Assembly (NCBI GenBank): GCA_031411295.1 | Contig: JANOAV010000181.1 | Coordinates: forward strand, 33,446 to 97,445 | Origin: Verrucomicrobiales bacterium | Lineage (GTDB): Bacteria > Verrucomicrobiota > Verrucomicrobiia > Verrucomicrobiales > V1-33 | DNA length: 64,000 nt | Direction of reading: 5' to 3' | Shown here: positions 40,001-48,693 of the stretch, in pieces | Numbering within the stretch: position 1 is the stretch's first letter | How the letters are laid out: each line of letters begins with the position of its first letter | Made by a program: the position numbers and the translations under genes | Notes under the pieces: generated by a model | What the model saw: the letters and a program-made list of their open reading frames with translations, nothing else | Told to the model about the DNA's origin: nothing | Database searches by the model: none

Positions 40001-42257
40001 CTGATTTGGTGTAGGTCAACGTCTGCGCTGGTAGGTCGGCATCCGTGGCCGTCACGGTGGTGACGGCGGTGGTGTTTTCAGCAATGCTGATGGCTGCCGC
40101 CGCACCCGCCCCATTGCTGGTGATGACCGGGGCGTCGTTCACGTTGGTGATGGAAATCGTGAACGCTTTCTCAAAGAAACCTCCAGCACTATCGGTGGTG
40201 CGGATGCGAATGGCGTAGCTGTTCTTGGTCTCGAAATCCGCTACTGGCGTGAGTTTCAGCGCGTTGCCAGCAAGGGTGAAGCTTGCATTGTCCGTGCTCC
40301 CCACGCCAGCCACCAGCGTGAAGGTATTCGTATCACTAACGTTGTCCGTAGCCGTCAGCGTGCCCACTGTGGCATTGGCAGCGTTGTTCTCTGCGATGCT
40401 GCTGGCACTCAGCATGATGTCCGTGGGGGCTGGATTTACGTAGGTGTAGAGATTCGTGCCGGTGACGCTGCCGAGCGAGGTGGTGACGATTACGTTGACT
40501 ACGCCTGCCGCACGAGGCGGAGTGAGGCAACTGAGTGTGGTGGCGTTGATGATCGTGGTTTCGGCTGGCACACCTCCAAACGTCACTGCCGCAGAGCCGG
40601 AGAATCCCGTGCCAGTGATGGTGACGGTAGTTCCACCTTCGACGCTGCCACTGCTGGGCGTAAGCGATGCGATGGTGGGCCCAACAGCCACCAGACCAAG
40701 GTTATGACTTGACGAGCCACTGGATGTCCCAGAAACGAAGCGTGCCCCCGGCTCTAGGTTGGCCGTGCTGACGAACGCGGGCGTCGAGCTGTCGGTGAGG
40801 CTGTTGACTCCTAGTCGGCCAAATCCGTTCGAGCCCCAAGAGGCCAGCTTTCCGTTGGAGAGGCACGCGAGACTGTGGTCTTTCCCACCTGAAATGGAGA
40901 CGATAGGAGCCGTCTTCAACACTCCATTCGCGCTGATATCGATGGCCAGACTACTGTTCGTGTTCGTCGTGTCGCCCAACTGGCCATTGGCATTGCGCCC
41001 CCACGTGGCCAGCGATCCGTCCAAACAAAGCGCCATACTATGAGATCCACCTGCGGAGATGGCCCTCACGGGATTGCCAGCCAGGACGGTTCCGGAGGTT
41101 GTTACATTTAGCGCCAGGGAACTATTCGTAGTCGTGCCATTTCCTAACTGACCGGAATTATTGCGGCCCCAGGCCACCACGGTGCCGCCCTTGAGTAAGG
41201 CTAGGCAATGCTCGACTCCACCGGAGATCGCGATGGGTGAATCGAGTGCGAGTGGCGTTCCCGCAGTCGTGACCGCCACGGCCAAGGAACGATTCGTGGT
41301 CGTGCCATCGCCCAACTGGCCGTAACCATTGTAACCCCAGGTGGCCAGCGTGCCGTCTGAACATAACACTAAGCAACTCTGATACACCATGGCGATCGCC
41401 ACTACGGGTCTCCCCGCCAAGGCTGTGCCAGTCGTCGTGACCGCGATCGGCACCAGACTGACTCCTGTAGGCGCACCATTTCCCAACTCCCCATACGCGC
41501 TCGTCCCCCAACTGACCACCGTGCCATCTGAACAAAGCGCCAGACTGCTCCGGATCCCCGCCGCAATGGCGATGACCGTCCTCGACTGAAGCGGCGTGCC
41601 ATCCCTGAATACCAAGACTGGCACCGGGCTACTGAGCGCAGCACCTGTTCCCAAGGCCCCACCGGTGCCATCGCCCCAAGCCGCCAGCGTTCCATCCGAG
41701 CACAGCGCCAAGCTGTGATAATAGCCCGTGGCCACAGCAATGACGGTCTTACCTGTCAACACGCCCGTGTTGAGCACATTCGCAGGCTGCAAGGCATCGG
41801 TCGTTGTATTATCCCCCAGGGCTCCCCTGGTATTCCAGCCCCAACCAGCCGCCTTCGTGCCTGCCCAGTGCAGCACCAGATCATTTCCCGACCCACCAAA
41901 ATAGTTCGCCACGAAATTATACGTCACGCCCGCAAACGTCATCGCCACTGGCTGCCCTTGCGCTAGATTCGTGAAAGTTCCTGTGATGAATGGCAGTTGA
42001 TTGTTTTGCACCACCATCAACGTGGTGCCCGCCGGAGGCGCAAATCCCAACGTCAGCGTTGCTGTTCCAGAAACAGAGGTGCCAGAGACCGGCACATCAT
42101 TTGCGGTGGTGTAATTCCAAGTCAAAGCCGCCCGCGCGCTCCCCAGGCTGCATAGCATCCCCAGATAGAGCCATAGAGCGCGGACTAGCGCGAGTGTGCC
42201 CGCCCGGAGGATGCGGGATTGATCGAAGATCAGGTGAGTTGGGTTGGAGGATTTCAT
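34005..42257 (-). CDS. 2750-aa secreted adhesin-like protein: RCC1 repeats, IPT/TIG, cadherin-like and Ig-like repeats, two BNR/Asp-box beta-propellers
   Basis: WGxNxxGQLGxGT RCC1 repeats; GGTTVTITGTGF IPT; DFETKNSYAIRIR cadherin; YTSxDSGxTW Asp-boxes. Confidence 0.85.
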   Translation of the reverse strand: MKSSNPTHLIFDQSRILRAGTLALVRALWLYLGMLCSLGSARAALTWNYTTANDVPVSGTSVSGTATLTLGFAPPAGTTLMVVQNNQLPFITGTFTNLAQGQPVAMTFAGVTYNFVANYFGGSGNDLVLHWAGTKAAGWGWNTRGALGDNTTTDALQPANVLNTGVLTGKTVIAVATGYYHSLALCSDGTLAAWGDGTGGALGTGAALSSPVPVLVFRDGTPLQSRTVIAIAAGIRSSLALCSDGTVVSWGTSAYGELGNGAPTGVSLVPIAVTTTGTALAGRPVVAIAMVYQSCLVLCSDGTLATWGYNGYGQLGDGTTTNRSLAVAVTTAGTPLALDSPIAISGGVEHCLALLKGGTVVAWGRNNSGQLGNGTTTNSSLALNVTTSGTVLAGNPVRAISAGGSHSMALCLDGSLATWGRNANGQLGDTTNTNSSLAIDISANGVLKTAPIVSISGGKDHSLACLSNGKLASWGSNGFGRLGVNSLTDSSTPAFVSTANLEPGARFVSGTSSGSSSHNLGLVAVGPTIASLTPSSGSVEGGTTVTITGTGFSGSAAVTFGGVPAETTIINATTLSCLTPPRAAGVVNVIVTTSLGSVTGTNLYTYVNPAPTDIMLSASSIAENNAANATVGTLTATDNVSDTNTFTLVAGVGSTDNASFTLAGNALKLTPVADFETKNSYAIRIRTTDSAGGFFEKAFTISITNVNDAPVITSNGAGAAAAISIAENTTAVTTVTATDADLPAQTLTYTKSGTDAALFNLNSSTGVLTFIAAPDFEGAHGNTYSVTVTVTDNGGTPLNDTQALTITVTNVNDAPVITSNGAGATATISIAENTTAVTTVTATDADLPAQVLTYTKSGTDAALFNLNASTGVLTFIAAPDFEGTHGNTYTLTITVTDNGVPVLNDTQAITITVTNVSEAPSISDIANQVTNEDTATSAIAFTVADPDAGTTFTLSATSSNTALIPVANIAFGGTGTNRTITLAPAANQSGTSTITVQVSDGALTASDTFVFTVNPVNDPPSFVITSPNVSATTNGLVSGPFSFLAGISFGPANEAPQNVSFTVTNSNNALFNFQPTINPLGELTFTPGSTVGVATVTVIAVDNGGTANGGNDTSASQTFTITFSNPAPTDITLSASSIAENNAANATVGTLAATDNVGDTNTFSLATGTGSTDNASFTITGNALKLTSSADFETKNSYSIRIRATDNGGGTFEKVFTISITNLNDAPVITSNGAGATASISIAENTTAVTTVTATDADLPAQTLTYTKSGTDAALFNLNSSTGVLTFIAAPDFEGAHGNTYALTVTATDNGVPVLNDTQAITITVTNVNEAPSISDMANQVTNEDIATPAIAFTVADPDAGTTFTLSATSSNPTLIPVANIAFGGTGTNRTITLTPAANLSGTSTITVQVSDGTLTATDSFVLTVTPVNDAPSFTLSTAVVTAVANSGAFPPLAIATAISPGPADEASQVVSFTVANNNNALFSVPPTIAANGNLSFTPGATPGTATVTVFAVDNGGTLNGGNNTSTQQSFVINVSNPAPTDITLSASSIPENNAANATVGTLTAADNAGDANTFTLVTGTGSTDNGSFTIVGNALKITPSANFEIKNSYAIRVRTTDSGLLFFEKAFTIAITNVNEPPTITNIPDLSANPNQTIGTTFDIADPDAGSGVSITFTSSNPTLLPVANINFIHSGGGHYLVTFTPASNQTGSSTVTAQVSDGTLTASDTFIYSINFVNQAPSFTLATDQLGTVWTPRELIHNGWRSLASSADGMKLVAGNVVGNAGNVYTSADSGVTWSSPAGSPIGVWRALASSADGTRLVGAVTPVGTALNNSLLYVSSDSGATWTPRGPDGNWVAVTSSADGSKLAAAMQNYGGSIYTSTDYGLTWTAVGPGPGYPWTAITSSADGTKLAATNFTNGIWTSVDSGATWNHQPYTPSASWTSIASSADGAMLAATMYNGYIWTSTDSGQNWTPRESVRYWRSIASSSDGTKLAAAATSGKIYTSTDAGINWTARESARDWRAIASSADGNKLAAVDFASNIYTSAPTTITPTVAACSGPASFTNVISAISPGPASEAAQTVALNVTNNNSALFLVPPSITSNGTLTFTPNNIAGNALVTVTAVDNGGTANGGVDTSAPQTFSIVVTPTLPSVISISPATGSTAGGNVVTITGSCLTGATSVSLGGTPATGVNVINATSLTCTVPAHAAGAVSVNVTTPAGTNGTNYFYTYIAPNTPPKFDLPIDEEIGNVWTPRGPVGNWKAVVTSFDNSIIAAAATNGPIYVSNDSGLTWAPNGPVGNWVSLTSSADGTKLAAVEFDGRIHTSTDSGLHWTAREYTRRWCALAASANGLKLAAVVRGGYIYTSNDAGVTWTERAATRNWIAIDSSLNGERLAAVDYLGKIYTSEDSGANWTARSDDGKWNSIVVTSDGFGIGATDEDGRFFTTFNGGVDWQEQPRVAKGSVVEGCHLLPDRPGCRRAVFIDPVGPMEISEDFGLTRRVVDTHNTWSSLAIGAKLIAAENGGRIYISNPGIANPSINAGSGAQTTPYFVRNISPGTANEAAQAVNFIVSNSNNALFITQPTISPDGTLNFTPGNTAGTAVVTVIATDNGGTDFGGNNTSNPQTFNIIITPPVVTGYAEWKALHFGSATVGTGSQDDPDADDVPNLLEYAYGLNPNSSISRQIPPIQIANGKLSVTFTEPANISGITYGAEWSPDLQNWTAIPDAGAGTNHNFSVPVSGPKKYMRLRVSEP
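37350..40440 (-). repeat. Intragenic tandem module duplications (~1236-bp period)
   Basis: Near-identical DNA at ~38030-38320 and ~39266-39556 (gtgccgccgaacgcaatgttggccactgggatcagtg at 38101 and 39337); three PTDIxLSASSI and three NDAPVITSNGAGA modules. Confidence 0.85.
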
Positions 42258-42352
42258 GGAAAATGGTGGTGGGAGTTCAGGCGCAATTGGCGAGAGTGAA
42301 TCGACTAAAATGGGGACAAACCGACCCGGCGAGAGACACTGGCTAATCTCTC

Positions 42353-42388
42353 TTTTGGTAAAACCGAAGTGAGGACGGACAAAATTTC
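42353..42388 (-). promoter_or_regulatory. Candidate ECF-type promoter, copy A
   Basis: GAAATTTTGTCCG-N17-CCAAAA on the minus strand, ~95 nt upstream of the 2750-aa gene; same spacing as copies B and C. Confidence 0.5.
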
Positions 42389-42409
42389 CGGGAAAATATT
42401 TCGGCGCAT

Positions 42410-42492
42410 GTAGAGGTCGACGTAAGGAGCCCAGGAACGAGCTTAGTGGAAAGGCTCCGGTCTGGTGCTGGTCTCGTGACCTCGACCTCTAC
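42410..42492. repeat. REP-like inverted doublet, family 1
   Basis: Left arm GTAGAGGTCGACGTAAGGAGCCCAG; right arm reverse complement GTAGAGGTCGAGGTCACGAGACCAG (21/25 match); recurs at 48537-48693. Confidence 0.75.
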
Positions 42493-42553
42493 GGGATGCG
42501 CATAAGCGGGCGAGGCTCTCGCCCCGCCCGCCGGACTAATGTCTAACTATCAA

Positions 42554-45500
42554 CTATGGGGTGGAACTGACGTAGCGAATGCGGTAGTAGCGCTTGGCTT
42601 CGGGGGGATTTGCTTTAGGGAAGGTGAGTTCTTGCAGAGTGCCATCCCCCACAAACGACCCGTTGGGCAGGGGTGCCCAAGTTAGGAGATCCGTCGAGGT
42701 CTCTACGACACAGTTCTGACCGACGGCAGCCTGCACGCAGAGGCAGATGTTACCGTTGGTGATCGTGAGGCTTGGCGAGGGGAGCGGTGCGGCTCCCTGG
42801 CTGGCAGGTGGCTTGACGGTGATGATATTAAATTCGGCACCCTCTGCGATTTCCTCGTTAGGGCCGCGAGCCGCCACACGGATATTGTAGTTACCTGGTG
42901 CCAGATTAGGCAACGTGACGAGCGCGTTGCGGTTTCCTCCGGCTACTTCAGTGACGACGAGGCCATTAACCAAGAAATACCAACGAGTCGGTGGGCTGGT
43001 GAAATCGCTCGTGACGGCGGAGGCTTGAATTCCGACTCCGCTGTTGAACACGCTGTATTCCTCTGGTGTCAGTAGTTGGAGGTCAGGGGATACCGTGAAG
43101 CTCGTTGCCACACTGTTCAGATTTCCCGCTGCATCCGTGGCCGTGATGGTGATTGGATAACTGCCAACCGCCTTTGGGGTGCCTGGGGCTGGCGTCTGCG
43201 AGAGCACGACATAGGAGGCATCGGTGACTTGCAGCGAGGTTAGGAAATTGGGCACATTGGCTGTCCAGCCGATGACGCTTTGGCCTGATAGTGGTGCGAT
43301 AACAGGGGGCGTTTGATCCCCGACGTTGACCGCCGTTTCTGCCATTTGTATCCATTCCTCCCCAAATTGAGCCCAGAAGCCGATGCTGTAGCGTCCGAGG
43401 GCTAAGTCGGTATCCACGGTGTAGGTTCCGACTGTGGGAGGCCCTGAAGCAGGGATGGTGATCTGCCCCAACGAGATTCCTTGATCGTGCGTCACGGGCA
43501 GGACAGCAGCAGAGAAAGGACGGACCACGGCGTCCAATACCAAGACCCCACCGCTGGGCGCTGCAACACTGGTCTTCAAGACCACATGGCCAGTGACAGC
43601 ACCAGGCAGGGTGGGCACTTCTAAGCCAACAGGCGGCGTGTGCATAGCGATGGGCGGAAGGACCTCCTCGATGCAATCACTGTGGCTCCGACAACAGGTC
43701 AGTCTCAGATCTGTCAAAATTGGCGTATCGGTGGAGCACGGACGTGCGTTGAACCGAACGCGCAATTCGACCCAACGTCCGATAATTCCCCTGCCGCAGA
43801 AAGACTTTCCATTTCTGACCCTGGTATAGAAATCATGCCTGCTTAGCTTCGCAGGCACGTCATCTGCACGGATTTCCACAGTGATGCGGTTATCTTGGCT
43901 CAGGTTCTGCGCGGTCCAAGTCAGAACGCCCCATTCTGCCCCTTCACAACCGCCATCGTGGAATACCGTCCATGAGCCTTCCCGGCAAGTGGCACCCAGC
44001 GCGACGAAGCCCGTCATATCACTGTAGTTATACGGTTGAGCATCAACGGCGAGGGGGTGGGATGAAGCCGAACCGAGGTCGATAGTTTTATCAACAGTGT
44101 AGTTGCTGTGTGAAATCCGGTGAGCAGAGTTCCCATTGTAATCAGCTGCCCAGATGTCTCCATTGGTATCAACCGCCACTCCGCGCACGTAAGGCCCACC
44201 GGAAGGGTGAGGCGAGGTTGGAATGTTGATGTCTCCTGCAGGTGTGTGACCAGTGCCGACATTCGGGGTGAGGTGATACACGCTGGAACCGGCTGCAGAG
44301 AACACGTGTCCGCTCCCATCCACGCAGATTCCCAAGCTATTGGGTTTCATCGGATAGCTGGCAATGGGATTCCCTGAAGGATCGAATTCGATGATCCCCG
44401 TAGCAGAACCAGCTCCACCGATTCCGGCATTGATATACGTCGAACTAAAGACATGGCAATTCCTCGGGTCGATCCCCAATCCGTAAACGGACCCGTTTGC
44501 GACCGGGAGCACGGTTGGCGGCTGAGTTGTCACATCCAAGCGGGCGAGATTCCGCCCTCCCCAAAGATGGCCAAAGCCATCGATGAGACCGCCATAGCCA
44601 CCTGCAATCGAACTGATGAAGGTGTTGGGAATGAGCAGTCCAGTGACTCCATCCACCGCTTGGAAATCTTGGTCGCGCGAGGTCGTCGAATGCCAGGGAG
44701 CCTCATTGTTCCACCCAGAGGTCCAGAGGTTGTTATAGCAATCTATGGCGAGGAAACGCGTTCCGCTGCCAGGGACTCGCGTGTAAATCGTGATTGCTTC
44801 GTCCTCTGCCGTGCTCACGCCACCTCCGGTGTCCGCGCTGCTAGCGTTGTTCCAAGGCAGAACGTCACCCAGCCCTCTCGATGTTTTGATACAGCCATCG
44901 CCATCCCGATCTACACAGGTGTTGTAACTGAAAGGTCCTTTCAAATATTGCCCCAGAGGATTGGGAGTGAAATTTCCGGCAACACAATTACCCCGCGTCC
45001 CACCTATCACAACTCCGATCCGCACCACGGATCCCCAGGCTTCAGCAGCGCTGCTGGCAACAGATCCATCGAGCTTCTCTGAGGAGGCACCGCTTACACC
45101 TCTATTTCCCACCCAGACGTTTCCATACTTATCCACCGTCGTCCGCGATGGATTGCGTGACACTACCGCAGAGACGGTGCTAGCTGGGGCAGACCAATAT
45201 TCCCCCACGACAGCTTTGGCTGGGTTCGGTTCATTGATGTCTATGCGCACCACCGTGCCGCGTTTGGAACAAGGGATGCACACGAAGGGCATCGGCTGAG
45301 TGATCCCGTTTATCTGCAATTGATTGGCAGGATTGTGATTCAGATTAATCAGCGTCCCCCGATCGAAGTCCTCATTCAGCGTCCACGTCTTGTCTTTGCA
45401 GATGCACGGCACCTCGAGGCACTTGGTGATGGAGCAACATTTGGCGAAATTAGCGGTGTGCCCGGAGAAGATGAGGCAGAGTTTCCGACAGTCTGGATCA

Positions 45501-48064
45501 ATGGTTACGGTCTTGCAGAAAGTCTGCTTTTGACCAGGAGCTAATGGCGGGATGGCAGGGAGGACCAATGAGGTTACACAATCCAAATAGCCCGCCGCTG
45601 GCACCATGAAGACCCAACTTACTTCATTGGGAGAAAGATTCGTGTAATCAAAACACAGCGTCCAATCTCCATTTCCCTTTGGATCTGGGGTGAGGCACAT
45701 GTTCGTGACTTCCGCACAGCACTCGCTCAGTTCTACGCAGTGAACGATCTCGCAGCAGGTCTCGAAGATGGCGGAGTGGATGCCCATGTGAAGGCAAACG
45801 TGATCAGGAATCGGCAGGCTCGTTGGGATTAGGGTAACCGTGATGTTTGTAGCGCTGCCCGATGCCAGAGGCGTGGGTAAATTGTAAATTTGTCCGCCGC
45901 TCACCGTGAAGCCGGGCGTGTCCATGAAGCTGACATGCCCGATGGGCGTTGGTGTGGTATTCACCAGTTGGAACGTCCACGTGTAGTTCGGTCCCAGCGC
46001 TGGGGCCGGACGTGGCACACAGGTAACTTTGATGTCCTTAACCAGGGCGCACTCACAGCATTGGCGGTTGATGACGACATCGCCAACTTGCGTTTTATCA
46101 TCGACGCTGAACTGAGGGGGATTGTAATCAATGATATAGCTCGATGAATTCAGGTTCGCCAGCGTGTTTCCTGCGCGCGGGATCTGAGCAAGGCCGTAGG
46201 CGTAAGCGGCAGTGGGGGGAAGTTTCATATAATCCGCTGTCGCCCAGATCTTACCATCACAGGCTAGATCCACGCCGCCGGCGGAAGAATTGGGGGAATC
46301 GTTTGATCCAGTGTAAAGCTTCTTGGGATCCAGCACCCAAGCACCAGTGGACGTATTGAGCTGATACTCCAACACGCGGGAGAGGTGCGCATCGAACGGC
46401 ATGCTGCGTTCTGCCAGGATCATGTGACCCATGTCATCGAACGTGATGTCGCTCACCGGAGAGGAGAAGTTCAACGGCAGAGTGGGGGTAACCCAATACG
46501 GCTGGGTATTCACCGGCAGGGTGATTTCCAGCTTAGCGGTGGAGGCATCGGGCAGGCCCATGGCATCGAAGCCCACGGACCAGACCTCATTACTCAAGGT
46601 ATTGGACCCATGGGCCAGATCTTCCGACCAGACCCCATAGTAGAGCCGATTATCGAAGACATTAAGTCCCCAGACCCGGCGTTCCAGTTGAGTCATAACG
46701 CCCATGACACCATCATCGGCAATGGATAACCGAGGGGCGACATTGGGCCGTCCGTTCTTCCCGTGGTCATAGGTCTGCGCACTGGACCAATTCCCGCTGA
46801 GATCCAATCGATAAATCAAACCATCTTCCAAATTGGAGACAAAGAACTGATTGCGCATCCGATCGAAGCAAATGTTCCCCAAACTAGGAGCTTTGTTCAT
46901 TGCGCCAATGGTATTGGGCAGTGAGGCAAAGGTAGAAATGGCCCCCGTCACCCCATCCAGTTTGTAAACCGCGCCTGGACCACCCGGACCGTAACTTTGG
47001 CTTAAGGCATAGCCCAACGGAGCCAGACCGTAGATCGAGGTGGCGGCAACATAGATATTCGGCTTGGTTGCACGATCCAGCGTAATCCCGAAGACCTGTC
47101 CCAGATTCCTCGCATTCCAGATGTTATTAAGGCCACCGTTTTCATTGTGATACATCGGCGGAATCCAGTTATTCCCCAGCACGGCCCCGTTGGCCGCAGG
47201 ATTGCGGGTGTCGATCACCGCCACCACAAAGCCATTAGGATCAACGGGACCAGTGGCCGGGTTCCCCGTCACCCCAGAGTAACAGGTGACGACCGCTTCG
47301 TCACAGTCCACAGGCAGCAGGCTGGGGACGGCGGGAGGGGTCAAGGCAGTGATCGTGGCGTTAAGCCGCGTAGAATCAGAAGCGTAATTTCCATTCATTC
47401 CTACGGCAAAATCCACCTTGTCGCCTGCATTGAGATTCAGGTTTGGAAGCGCCACAGAGACTGCGGGGCCGCCATTGATCCAAGTGTTGGTAAATTGCAC
47501 TAACCCATTGACGACAATGGATCCCACCGCCCCATCAGCTGAATTGCCAGTGCTGGGATTAAGGTCCTCAAAAGTGGCGGAAATCGAGAATGTCCCCGTG
47601 GTTGGAGCGGTCCAGCGCACGATGGCAAGCTCTCCATTGCTTGCGGGGTGCAATTCCATGTCTCCTGGATTCAAATTGAGCATGCCAGCACGCACAATCG
47701 GAGCGGCAGTAGTGTTCACCATAACAAAGGGAAACAAGCCTCCAGCCCTAAATCCGTCAAGACCAGCAAACCCACCGATGTTATTAATGTGATCCCCTGC
47801 CGTAAAAAGCGATAGCGGCGTGCTCGCAAGCGCCACCCGATGCCCGTAGCTCCAAGCTGGCGCGGTGGGATTAGGATTAACTATTTCCGTCGCAGCGGAA
47901 CCTTCATTAGCGATCAGATCGCGCCCAGCGACCCAGTTTGCCTTAGCCAACGGAGTGATCCCTAGCGAAATAAGTGCCAACAAGGGGCGTAGCTTCACAA
48001 GGGTGGGAGCGAAACAACGAAGGAACAGAGCCCCCCGTTGATTCGGCGGATGATGATTTTTCAT
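42554..48064 (-). CDS. 1836-aa secreted Cys-rich modular protein (propeller-like regions, HYR/Ig-like C-terminal domains)
   Basis: Hydrophobic leader; many CC/CxC motifs; SRTTVDKYGNVWVGNR, GVAVDTNGDIW, PYNYSDMTG; HYR-like DQTPPVI...ITITATDAAGN. Confidence 0.8.
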   Translation of the reverse strand: MKNHHPPNQRGALFLRCFAPTLVKLRPLLALISLGITPLAKANWVAGRDLIANEGSAATEIVNPNPTAPAWSYGHRVALASTPLSLFTAGDHINNIGGFAGLDGFRAGGLFPFVMVNTTAAPIVRAGMLNLNPGDMELHPASNGELAIVRWTAPTTGTFSISATFEDLNPSTGNSADGAVGSIVVNGLVQFTNTWINGGPAVSVALPNLNLNAGDKVDFAVGMNGNYASDSTRLNATITALTPPAVPSLLPVDCDEAVVTCYSGVTGNPATGPVDPNGFVVAVIDTRNPAANGAVLGNNWIPPMYHNENGGLNNIWNARNLGQVFGITLDRATKPNIYVAATSIYGLAPLGYALSQSYGPGGPGAVYKLDGVTGAISTFASLPNTIGAMNKAPSLGNICFDRMRNQFFVSNLEDGLIYRLDLSGNWSSAQTYDHGKNGRPNVAPRLSIADDGVMGVMTQLERRVWGLNVFDNRLYYGVWSEDLAHGSNTLSNEVWSVGFDAMGLPDASTAKLEITLPVNTQPYWVTPTLPLNFSSPVSDITFDDMGHMILAERSMPFDAHLSRVLEYQLNTSTGAWVLDPKKLYTGSNDSPNSSAGGVDLACDGKIWATADYMKLPPTAAYAYGLAQIPRAGNTLANLNSSSYIIDYNPPQFSVDDKTQVGDVVINRQCCECALVKDIKVTCVPRPAPALGPNYTWTFQLVNTTPTPIGHVSFMDTPGFTVSGGQIYNLPTPLASGSATNITVTLIPTSLPIPDHVCLHMGIHSAIFETCCEIVHCVELSECCAEVTNMCLTPDPKGNGDWTLCFDYTNLSPNEVSWVFMVPAAGYLDCVTSLVLPAIPPLAPGQKQTFCKTVTIDPDCRKLCLIFSGHTANFAKCCSITKCLEVPCICKDKTWTLNEDFDRGTLINLNHNPANQLQINGITQPMPFVCIPCSKRGTVVRIDINEPNPAKAVVGEYWSAPASTVSAVVSRNPSRTTVDKYGNVWVGNRGVSGASSEKLDGSVASSAAEAWGSVVRIGVVIGGTRGNCVAGNFTPNPLGQYLKGPFSYNTCVDRDGDGCIKTSRGLGDVLPWNNASSADTGGGVSTAEDEAITIYTRVPGSGTRFLAIDCYNNLWTSGWNNEAPWHSTTSRDQDFQAVDGVTGLLIPNTFISSIAGGYGGLIDGFGHLWGGRNLARLDVTTQPPTVLPVANGSVYGLGIDPRNCHVFSSTYINAGIGGAGSATGIIEFDPSGNPIASYPMKPNSLGICVDGSGHVFSAAGSSVYHLTPNVGTGHTPAGDINIPTSPHPSGGPYVRGVAVDTNGDIWAADYNGNSAHRISHSNYTVDKTIDLGSASSHPLAVDAQPYNYSDMTGFVALGATCREGSWTVFHDGGCEGAEWGVLTWTAQNLSQDNRITVEIRADDVPAKLSRHDFYTRVRNGKSFCGRGIIGRWVELRVRFNARPCSTDTPILTDLRLTCCRSHSDCIEEVLPPIAMHTPPVGLEVPTLPGAVTGHVVLKTSVAAPSGGVLVLDAVVRPFSAAVLPVTHDQGISLGQITIPASGPPTVGTYTVDTDLALGRYSIGFWAQFGEEWIQMAETAVNVGDQTPPVIAPLSGQSVIGWTANVPNFLTSLQVTDASYVVLSQTPAPGTPKAVGSYPITITATDAAGNLNSVATSFTVSPDLQLLTPEEYSVFNSGVGIQASAVTSDFTSPPTRWYFLVNGLVVTEVAGGNRNALVTLPNLAPGNYNIRVAARGPNEEIAEGAEFNIITVKPPASQGAAPLPSPSLTITNGNICLCVQAAVGQNCVVETSTDLLTWAPLPNGSFVGDGTLQELTFPKANPPEAKRYYRIRYVSSTP

Positions 48065-48138
48065 AGTATAATGGAGTTAGTGGATGAGATGACCAAAAGA
48101 GGACCGCGGGCTCGACAAAAGTCAGCGCTCCACAGAAC

Positions 48139-48174
48139 TATTGGGGATTTAGATGGCACTCCAGACAAATTTTT
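48139..48174 (-). promoter_or_regulatory. Candidate ECF-type promoter, copy C
   Basis: AAAAATTTGTCTG-N17-CCAATA on the minus strand, ~75 nt upstream of the 1836-aa gene. Confidence 0.5.
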
Positions 48175-48346
48175 CGAAATTATTGTCAGACTGCAAATTA
48201 CCCCGCCGGACGTCTGGAGCTGGCGCGATAACACATCACACCGACCGGGAGGCTAAGGCCGCGCCCACTTGTTAGCGGCCCAAGCCTCACCCAGAGATTT
48301 GCTCCCCAGACGTCAGGCAGCGAAAGCAGACAGTGCTGCACATGGG

Positions 48347-48382
48347 TATTCGGGATCCTGTGCCGGGAGCGGACAAAATTTC
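48347..48382 (-). promoter_or_regulatory. Candidate ECF-type promoter, copy B
   Basis: GAAATTTTGTCCG-N17-CGAATA on the minus strand. Confidence 0.5.
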
Positions 48383-48457
48383 GCAGCCAGCGTGCGCTTG
48401 GCTTGATTTTCAGCGGACGTGGAGACCGAGGAATCGCCACAAAGGATCAGGTAGAAT

Positions 48458-48532
48458 GTAGAGCAGTCCGTTGGACTGCTCAGGGCGGGGATGGCTCAAT
48501 TCATTCCAGATCAGCCCAGCGGGCTGACCCAC
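48458..48532. repeat. REP-like inverted doublet, family 2
   Basis: GTAGAGCAGTCCGTTGGACTGCTC (+, 48458-48481) faces GTGGGTCAGCCCGCTGGGCTGATC (-, 48509-48532); each is an internal hairpin. Confidence 0.65.
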
Positions 48533-48536
48533 ATTC

Positions 48537-48693
48537 TGGAGGGCGCGTTACGCTCGGGTAGCCTTGCGTGTTGCTGGTCTCGTGACCTCGCCCTCCACAG
48601 GGTGAGGGACGTGGAGGGCGACGTTAGGAGACCTTGGACACGCTGAGTGGGTCCGGCTTGGTATGGTGCTGGTCTCGTGACCTCGCCCTCCAC
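48537..48693. repeat. Two tandem REP-like doublets, family 1
   Basis: CTGGTCTCGTGACCTCGCCCTCCAC is identical at 48574-48598 and 48669-48693; partner arms TGGAGGGCGCGTTA (48537) and GTGGAGGGCGACGTTAGGAGACC (48611). Confidence 0.8.
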
